A stretch of DNA of 64,000 nucleotides from contig CM022673.1 of assembly GCA_012295275.1 (NCBI GenBank), positions 14,074,001 to 14,138,000 of the forward strand, given 5' to 3'. Under the pieces are notes generated by a model. The model did no database searches, had not been told where the DNA came from, and saw only the letters and a program-made list of their open reading frames with translations. Below, piece by piece: positions 55,301 to 64,000 of the stretch. Each line of letters opens with the position of its first letter. Position 1 is the stretch's first letter. The translations under genes and the position numbers were made by a program. This DNA comes from Chrysomallon squamiferum. Its lineage: Eukaryota > Animalia > Mollusca.

Positions 55301-58300
55301 TGTTCTAGTCTCTGATGTAACAGATATTACTTTACGTGATATACCAGATACTCCTGTGTCAGCTGTACCAGATACTCCTGTGTCAGCTGTACCAGATACT
55401 CCTGTGTCAGCTGTACCAGATACTCCTGTGCCCGCTATCCCAGATAGTCCTATGTCAGCTGAACCCGACATTCCTCTCCCCGATGTTCCAGATATTACTG
55501 TGTCTGCTGTACCAGTTCTTTCTGTCCATGATGTTCCAGATATTCTTGTACCAACGGTATCTGATTTTCCTGTCCCTGGTGAACCAGATATTCCTGGGTC
55601 TGCTGCACCAGATATTCCTGTCCTTGATGTACCAGATATTCCCGTGTCTGCTGTACCAGATGTTGCTGTCCATGATATGCCAGATGTTTTTGTTTTAACC
55701 GTATCTGATGTTTCTGTTCCTGATCTACCTGATATTCCAGAACCAACAGTACCAGATATTACTGTCCGTGATGTTTCAGACATTCCTCTGCCTGATATGC
55801 CAGTTGCTCCTGTGTCTCCTTCTTGAGGTGTTCTAGTCTCTGATGTAACAGATATTACTTTACCGGATATACCAGATACTCCTGTGTCAGCTGTACCAGA
55901 TACTCCTGTGTCAGCTGTACCAGATACTCCTGTGCCCGCTATCCCAGATAGTCCTATGTCAGCTGAACCCGACATTCCTCTCCCCGATGTTCCAGATATT
56001 ACTGTGTCTGCTGTACCAGTTCTTTCTGTCCATGATGTTCCAGATATTCTTGTACCAACGGTATCTGATTTTCCTGTCCCTGGTGAACCAGATATTCCTG
56101 GGTCTGCTGCACCAGATATTCCTGTCCTTGATGTACCAGATATTCCCGTGTCTGCTGTACCAGATGTTGCTGTCCATGATATGCCAGATGTTCTTGTTTT
56201 AACCGTATCTGATGTTTCTGTTCCTGATCTACCTGATATTCCTGAACCAACAGTACCAGATATTACTTTCCGTGATGTTTCAGACATTCCTCTGCCTGAT
56301 ATGCCAGTTGCTCCTGTGTCTCCTTCTTGAGGTGTTCTAGTCTCTGATGTAACAGATATTACTTTACGTGATATACCAGATACTCTTGTGTCAGCTGTAC
56401 CAGATACTCCTGTATCAGCTGTACCAGATACTCCTGTGCCCGCTATCCCAGATAGTCCTATGTCAGGTGTACCTCTCCCCCCCGATGTTCCAGATATTAC
56501 TGTGTCTGCTGTACCAGCTCTTTCTGTCCATGATGTTCCAGATATTCTTGTACCAACGGTATCTGATTTTCCTGTCCCTGGTGAACCAGATATTCCTGTG
56601 TCTGCTGCACCAGATATTCCTGTTCTTGATGTACCAGATATTCCCGTGTCTGCTGTACCAGATGTTGCTGTCCATGATATGCCAGATGTTCTTGTTTTAA
56701 CCGTATCTGATGTTTCTGTTCCTGATCTACCTGATATTCCAGAACCAACAGTACCAGATATTACTGTCCGTGATGTTCCAGATATTCCTGTCCGTGATGT
56801 ATCCGATATTCCTGTCCCTGATATGCCAGAGATTCCCGTATCAACAGTACCAGATATTACTGTGTCTGTTCCTCCAGGTATTCCAGTCCCTGTTGTGTCA
56901 GATATTACTTTACCTGATATCCCAGATACTCCTGTGTCAGCTGTACCAGATACTCCTGTGCCAGCTGTCCCAGATAGTCCTATGTCAGGTGTACCTGACA
57001 TTCCTCTCCCCGATGTTCCAGATATTATTGTGTCTGCTGTACCAGATCTTTCTGTCCATGATGTTCCAGATATTCTTGTACTAACGGTATCTGATTTTCC
57101 TGTCCCTGATGAACCAGATATTCCTGTGTCTGCTGCACCAGATATTCCTGTCCTTGATGTACCAGATATTCCCGTGTCTGCTGTACCAGATGTTGCTGTC
57201 CATGATGTTTCAGACATTCCTCTGCCTGATATGCCAGTGGCTCCTGTGTCTCCTTCTTGAGGTGTTCTAGTCTCTGATGTAACAGATATTACTTTACCGG
57301 ATGTACCAGATACTCCTGTGTCAGCTATACCAGATACTCCTGTGCCCGCTATCCCAGATAGTCCTATGCCAGGTGTACCTCTCCCCGATGTTCCAGATAT
57401 TACTGTGTCTGCTGTACCAGATCTTTCTGTCCATGATGTTCCAGATATTCTTGTACCAACGGTATCTGATTTTCCTATCCCTGATGAACCAGATATTCCT
57501 GTGTCTGGTGCACCAGATATTCCTGTCCGTGATGTGCCAGATATTCCCGTGTCTGCTGTACCAGATGTCGCTGTCCATGATGTGCTAGATGTTCTTGTTT
57601 TAACCGTATCTGATGTTTCTGTTCCCGATCTACCTGATATTCCTGAACCAACAGTGCCAGATATTACTGTCCGTGATGTTTCAGACATTCCTCTGCCTGA
57701 TATGCCAGTTGCTCCTGTGTCTCCTTCTTGAGGTGCTCTAGTCTCTGATGTAACAGATATTACTTTACCGGATATACCAGATACTCCTGTGTCAGCTGTA
57801 CCAGATACTCCTGTGCCCGCTATCCCAGATAGTCCTATGTCAGGTGTACCCGACATTCCTCTCCCCAATATTCCAGATATTACTGTGTCTGCTGTACCAG
57901 ATCTTTCTGTCCATGATGTTCCAGATATTCTTGTACCAACGGTATCTGATTTTCCTGTCCCTGGTGAACCAGATATTCCTGTGTCTGCTGCACCAGATAT
58001 TCCTGTTCTTGATGTACCAGATATTCCCGTGTCTGCTGTACCAGATGTTGCTGTCCATGATATGCCAGATGTTCTTGTTTTAACCGTATCTGATGTTTCT
58101 GTTCCTGATCTACCTGATATTCCTGAACCAACAGTACCAGATATTACTGTCCGTGATGTTCCAGATATTCCTGTCCGTGATGTATCCGATATTCCTGTCC
58201 CTGATATGCCAGAGATTCCCGTATCAACAGTACCAGATATATCTGTGTCTAGTCCTCCAGGTATTCCAGTCCCTGTTGTGTCAGATATTACTTTACCTGA

Positions 58301-61300
58301 TATCCCAGATACTCCTGTGTCAGCTGTACCAAATACTCCTGTGCCAGCTGTCCCAGATAGTCCTATGTCAGGTGTACCTGACATTCCTCTCCCCGATGTT
58401 CCAGATAGTATTGTGTCTGCTGTACCAGATCTTTCTGTCCATGATGTTCCAGATATTCTTGTACTAACGGTATCTGATTTTCCTGTCCCTGATGAACCAG
58501 ATATTCCTGTATCTGCTGCACCAGATATTCCTGTCCTTGATGTACCAGATATTCCCGTGTCTGCTGTACCAGATGTTGCTGTCCATGATGTTTCAGACAT
58601 TCCTCTGCCTGATATGCCAGTGGCTCCTGTGTCTCCTTCTTGAGGTGTCCTAGTCCCTGCTGTAACAGATATTACTTTACGTGATATACCAGATACTCCT
58701 GTGTCAGCTGTACCAGATACTCCTGTGTCAGCTGTACCAGATACTCCTGTGCCCGCTATCCCAGATAGTCCTATGTCAGCTGAACCCGACATTCCTCTCC
58801 CCGATGTTCCAGATATTACTGTGTCTGCTGTACCAGTTCTTTCTGTCCATGATGTTCCAGATATTCTTGTACCAACGGTATCTGATTTTCCTGTCCCTGG
58901 TGAACCAGATATTCCTGGGTCTGCTGCACCAGATATTCCTGTCCTTGATGTACCAGATATTCCCGTGTCTGCTGTACCAGATGTTGCTGTCCATGATATG
59001 CCAGATGTTCTTGTTTTAACCGTATCTGATGTTTCTGTTCCTGATCTACCTGATATTCCTGAACCAACAGTACCAGATATTACTTTCCGTGATGTTTCAG
59101 ACATTCCTCTGCCTGATATGCCAGTTGCTCCTGTGTCTCCTTCTTGAGGTGTTCTAGTCTCTGATGTAACAGATATTACTTTACGTGATATACCAGATAC
59201 TCCTGTGTCAGCTGTACCAGATACTCCTGTATCAGCTGTACCAGATACTCCTGTGCCCGCTATCCCAGATAGTCCTATGTCAGGTGTACCTCTCCCCGAT
59301 GTTCCAGATATTACTGTGTCTGCTGTACCAGCTCTTTCTGTCCATGATGTTCCAGATATTCTTGTACCAACGGTATCTGATTTTCCTGTCCCTGGTGAAC
59401 CAGATATTCCTGTGTCTGCTGCACCAGATATTCCTGTTCTTGATGTACCAGATATTCCCGTGTCTGCTGTACCAGATGTTGCTGTCCATGATATGCCAGA
59501 TGTTCTTGTTTTAACCGTATCTGATGTTTCTGTTCCTGATCTACCTGATATTCCAGAACCAACAGTACCAGATATTACTGTCCGTGATGTTCCAGATATT
59601 CCTGTCCGTGATGTATCCGATATTCCTGTCCCTGATATGCCAGAGATTCCCGTATCAACAGTACCAGATATTACTGTGTCTAGTCCTCCAGGTATTCCAG
59701 TCCCTGTTGTGTCAGATATTACTTTACCTGATATCCCAGATACTCCTGTGTCAGCTGTACCAGATACTCCTGTGCCAGCTGTCCCAGATAGTCCTATGTC
59801 AGGTGTACCTGACATTCCTCTCCCCGATGTTCCAGATATTATTGTGTCTGCTGTACCAGATCTTTCTGTCCATGATGTTCCAGATATTCTTGTACTAACG
59901 GTATCTGATTTTCCTGTCCCTGATGAACCAGATATTCCTGTGTCTGCTGCACCAGATATTCCTGTCCTTGATGTACCAGATATTCCCCTGTCTGCTGTAC
60001 CAGATGTTGCTGTCCATGATGTTTCAGACATTCCTCTGCCTGATATGCCAGTGGCTCCTGTGTCTCCTTCTTGAGGTGTTCTAGTCTCTGATGTAACAGA
60101 TATTACTTTACCGGATGTACCAGATACTCCTGTGTCAGCTATACCAGATACTCCTGTGCCCGCTATCCCAGATAGTCCTATGTCAGGTGTACCTCTCCCC
60201 GATGTTCCAGATATTACTGTGTCTGCTGTACCAGATCTTTCTGTCCATGATGTTCCAGATATTCTTGTACCAACGGTATCTGATTTTCCTGTCCCTGATG
60301 AACCAGATATTCCTGTGTCTGGTGCACCAGATATTCCTGTTCTTGATGTACCAGATATTCCCGTGTCTGCTGTACCAGATGTTGCTGTCCATGATATGCC
60401 AGATGTTCTTGTTTTAACCGTATCTGATGTTTCTGTTCGTGATCTACCTGATATTCCAGAACCAACAGTACCAGATATTACTGTCCGTGATGTTTCAGAC
60501 ATTCCTCTGCCTGATATGCCAGTTGCTCCTGTGTCTCCTTCTTGAGGTGTTCTAGTCTCTGATGTAACAGATATTACTTTACGTGATATACCAGATACTC
60601 CTGTGTCAGCTGTACCAGATACTCCTGTGTCAGATACTCCTGTGCCCGCTATCTCAGATAGTCCTATGTCAGGTGAACCCGACATTCCTCTCCCCGATGT
60701 TCCAGATATTACTGTGTCTGCTGTACCAGTTCTTTCTGTCCATGATGTTCCAGATATTCTTGTACCAACGGTATCTGATTTTCCTGTCCCTGGTGAACCA
60801 GATATTCCTGGGTCTGCTGCACCAGATATTCCTGTCCTTGATGTACCAGATATTCCCGTGTCTGCTGTACCAGATGTTGCTGTCCATGATATGCCAGATG
60901 TTCTTGTTTTAACCGTATCTGATCTTTCTGTTCCTGATCTACCTGATATTCCTGAACCAACAGTACCAGATATTACTTTCCGTGATGTTTCAGACATTCC
61001 TCTGCCTGATATGCCAGTTGCTCCTGTGTCTCCTTCTTGAGGTGTTCTAGTCTCTGATGTAACAGATATTACTTTACGTGATATACCAGATACTCCTGTG
61101 TCAGCTGTACCAGATACTCCTGTGTCAGCTGTACCAGATACTCCTGTGCCCGCTATCCCAGATAGTCCTTTGTCAGGTGTACCTCTGCCCGATGTTCCAG
61201 ATATTACTGTGTCTGCTGTACCAGATCTTTCTGTCCATGATGTTCCAGATATTCTTGTACCAACGGTATCTGATTTTCCTGTCCCTGGTGAACCAGATAT

Positions 61301-64000
61301 TCCTGTGTCTGCTGCACCAGATATTCCTGTTCTTGATGTACCAGATATTCCCGTGTCTGCTGTACCAGATGTTGCTGTCCATGATATGCCAGATGTTCTT
61401 GTTTTAACCGTATCTGATGTTTCTGTTCCTGATCTACCTGATATTCCAGAACCAACAGTACCAGATATTACTGTCCGTGATGTTTCAGACATTCCTCTGC
61501 CTGATATGCCAGTTGCTCCTGTGTCTCCTTCTTGAGGTGTTCTAGTCTCTGATGTAACAGATATTACTTTACGTGATATACCAGATACTCCTGTGTCAGC
61601 TGTACCAGATACTCCTGTGTCAGCTGTACCAGATACTCCTGTGCCCGCTATCTCAGATAGTCCTATGTCAGCTGAACCCGACATTCCTCTCCCCGATGTT
61701 CCAGATATTACTGTGTCTGCTGTACCAGTTCTTTCTGTCCATGATGTTCCAGATATTCTTGTACCAACGGTATCTGATTTTCCTGTCCGTGGTGAACCAG
61801 ATATTCCTGGGTCTGCTGCACCAGATATTCCTGTCCTTGATGTACCAGATATTCCCGTGTCTGCTGTACCAGATGTTGCTGTCCATGATATGCCAGATGT
61901 TCTTGTTTTAACCGTATCTGATGTTTCTGTTCCTGATCTACCTGATATTCCTGAACCAACAGTACCAGATATTACTTTCCGTGATGTTTCAGACATTCCT
62001 CTGCCTGATATGCCAGTTGCTCCTGTGTCTCCTTCTTGAGGTGTTCTAGTCTCTGATGTAACAGATATTACTTTACGTGATATACCAGATACTCCTGTGT
62101 CAGCTGTACCAGATACTCCTGTATCAGCTGTACCAGATACTCCTGTGCCCGCTATCCCAGATAGTCCTATGTCAGGTGTACCTCTCCCCGATGTTCCAGA
62201 TATTACTGTGTCTGCTGTACCAGCTCTTTCTGTCCATGATGTTCCAGATATTCTTGTACCAATGGTATCTGATTTTCCTGTCCCTGGTGAACCAGATATT
62301 CCTGTGTCTGCTGCACCAGATATTCCTGTTCTTGATGTACCAGATATTCCCGTGTCTGCTGTACCAGATGTTGCTGTCCATGATATGCCAGATGTTCCTG
62401 TTTTAATCGTATCTGATGTTTCTGTTCCTGATCTACCTGATATTCCAGAACCAACAGTACCAGATATTACTGTCCGTGATGTTCCAGATATTCCTGTCCG
62501 TGATGTATCCGATATTCCTGTCCCTGATATGCCAGAGATTCCCGTATCAACAGTACCAGATATTACTGTGTCTAGTCCTCCAGGTATTCCAGTCCCTGTT
62601 GTGTCAGATATTACTTTACCTGATATCCCAGATACTCCTGTGTCAGCTGTACCAGAGCCTCCTGTGCCAGCTGTCCCAGATAGTCCTATGTCAGGTGTAC
62701 CTGACATTCCTCTCCCCGATGTTCCAGATATTATTGTGTCTGCTGTACCAGATCTTTCTGTCCATGATGTTCCAGATATTCTTGTACCAACGGTATCTGA
62801 TTTTCCTGTCCCTGATGAACCAGATATTCCTGTGTCTGCTGCACCAGATATTCCTGTCCTTGATGTACCAGATATTCCCGTGTCTGCTGTACCAGATGTT
62901 GCTGTCCATGATGTTTCAGACATTCCATGCCTGATATGCCAGTGGCTCCTGTGTTCCTTGTTTCTAGTCTCTGATGTAACAGATGTTTCCGGATGTACCA
63001 GATACTCCTGTGTCAGCTATACCAGATACTCCTGTGCCCGCTATCCCAGATAGTCCTATGTCAGGTGTACCTCTCCCCGATGTTCCAGATATTACTGTGT
63101 CTGCTGTACCAGATCTTTCTGTCCATGATGTTCCAGATATTCTTGTACCAACGGTATCTGATTTTCCTGTCCCTGATGAACCAGATATTCCTGTGTCTGG
63201 TGCACCAGATATTCCTGTCCTTGATGTGCCAGATATTCCCGTGTCTGCTGTACCAGATGTCGCTGTCCATGATGTGCTAGATGTTCTTGTTTTAACCGTA
63301 TCTGATGTTTCTGTTCCCGATCTACCTGATATTCCTGAACCAACAGTGCCAGATATTACTGTCCGTGATGTTTCAGACATTCCTCTGCCTGATATGCCAG
63401 ATCCTGTGTCTCCTTCTTGAGGTGTTCTAGTCTCTAATGTAACAGATATTACTTTACCGGATATACCAGATCCCTGTGTCAGCTGTACCAGATCCCTGTG
63501 TCAGCTGTCCAGATGTCCTGTGCCCGCTATCCCAGATAGTCCTATGTCAGGTGTACCTCTCCGATGTTCCAGATATTACTGTGTCTGCTGTACCAGCTCT
63601 TTCTGTCCATGATGTTCCAGATATTCTTGTACCAACGGTATCTGATTTTCCTGTCCCTGGTGAACCAGATATTCCTGTGTCTGCTGCACCAGATATTCCT
63701 GTCCTTGATGTACCAGATATTCCCGTGTCTGCTGTACCAGATGTTGCTGTCCATGATATGCCAGATGTTCTTGTTTTAACCGTATCTGATGTTTCTGTTC
63801 CTGATCTACCTGATATTCCTGAACCAACAGTACCAGATATTACTGTCCGTGATGTTCCAGATATTCCTGTCCGTGATGTATCCGATATTCCTGTCCCTGA
63901 TATGCCAGAGATTCCCGTATCAACAGTACCAGATATTACTGTGTCTGTTCCTCCAGGTATTCCAGTCCCTGTTGTGTCAGATATTACTTTACCTGATATC
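52325..64000 (-). CDS. G11: giant Gly/Ser/Thr/Arg repeat protein (>3,500 aa in one exon, 5'-truncated by the window), paralogous in repeat unit to G10
   Basis: Uninterrupted 10.6-kb ORF 52325-62923. The same repeat continues to 64000, with local frameshifts at ~62925-62990 and ~63400-63565. All higher-order unit lengths are multiples of 3. Confidence 0.8.

Overview
AT-rich, microsatellite-dense eukaryotic (invertebrate, probably molluscan; inferred) DNA. Most ORF-track entries are translations of simple repeats. Reading for GT-AG splice sites gives about 11 tightly packed genes, and each of the 10 whose 5' end lies in the window starts with a signal-peptide exon. They are: a Gly/Met-rich peptide (G1), three EGF-repeat proteins (G2-G4), four small orphan peptides (G5, G6, G8, G9), a frameshifted inverted duplicate of G6 (G7), and two giant Gly/Ser/Thr octapeptide-repeat proteins (G10 about 1,870 aa; G11 over 3,500 aa, 5' end outside the window). 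Nearly all coding introns are phase 1. Almost all products, though otherwise unrelated, end in a short Met/Leu/aromatic-rich segment followed by an acidic residue near the stop (e.g. MIMDIM*, LLLMHMFFD*, WRMMDGLFDLW*, WMMIMDEFI*, VMLMFLMDI*). My hypothesis is a co-regulated secreted-biomaterial locus (adhesive, mucus, shell/periostracum or egg capsule) with a shared C-terminal assembly or sorting tag. All gene models were built by hand and have no transcript support.
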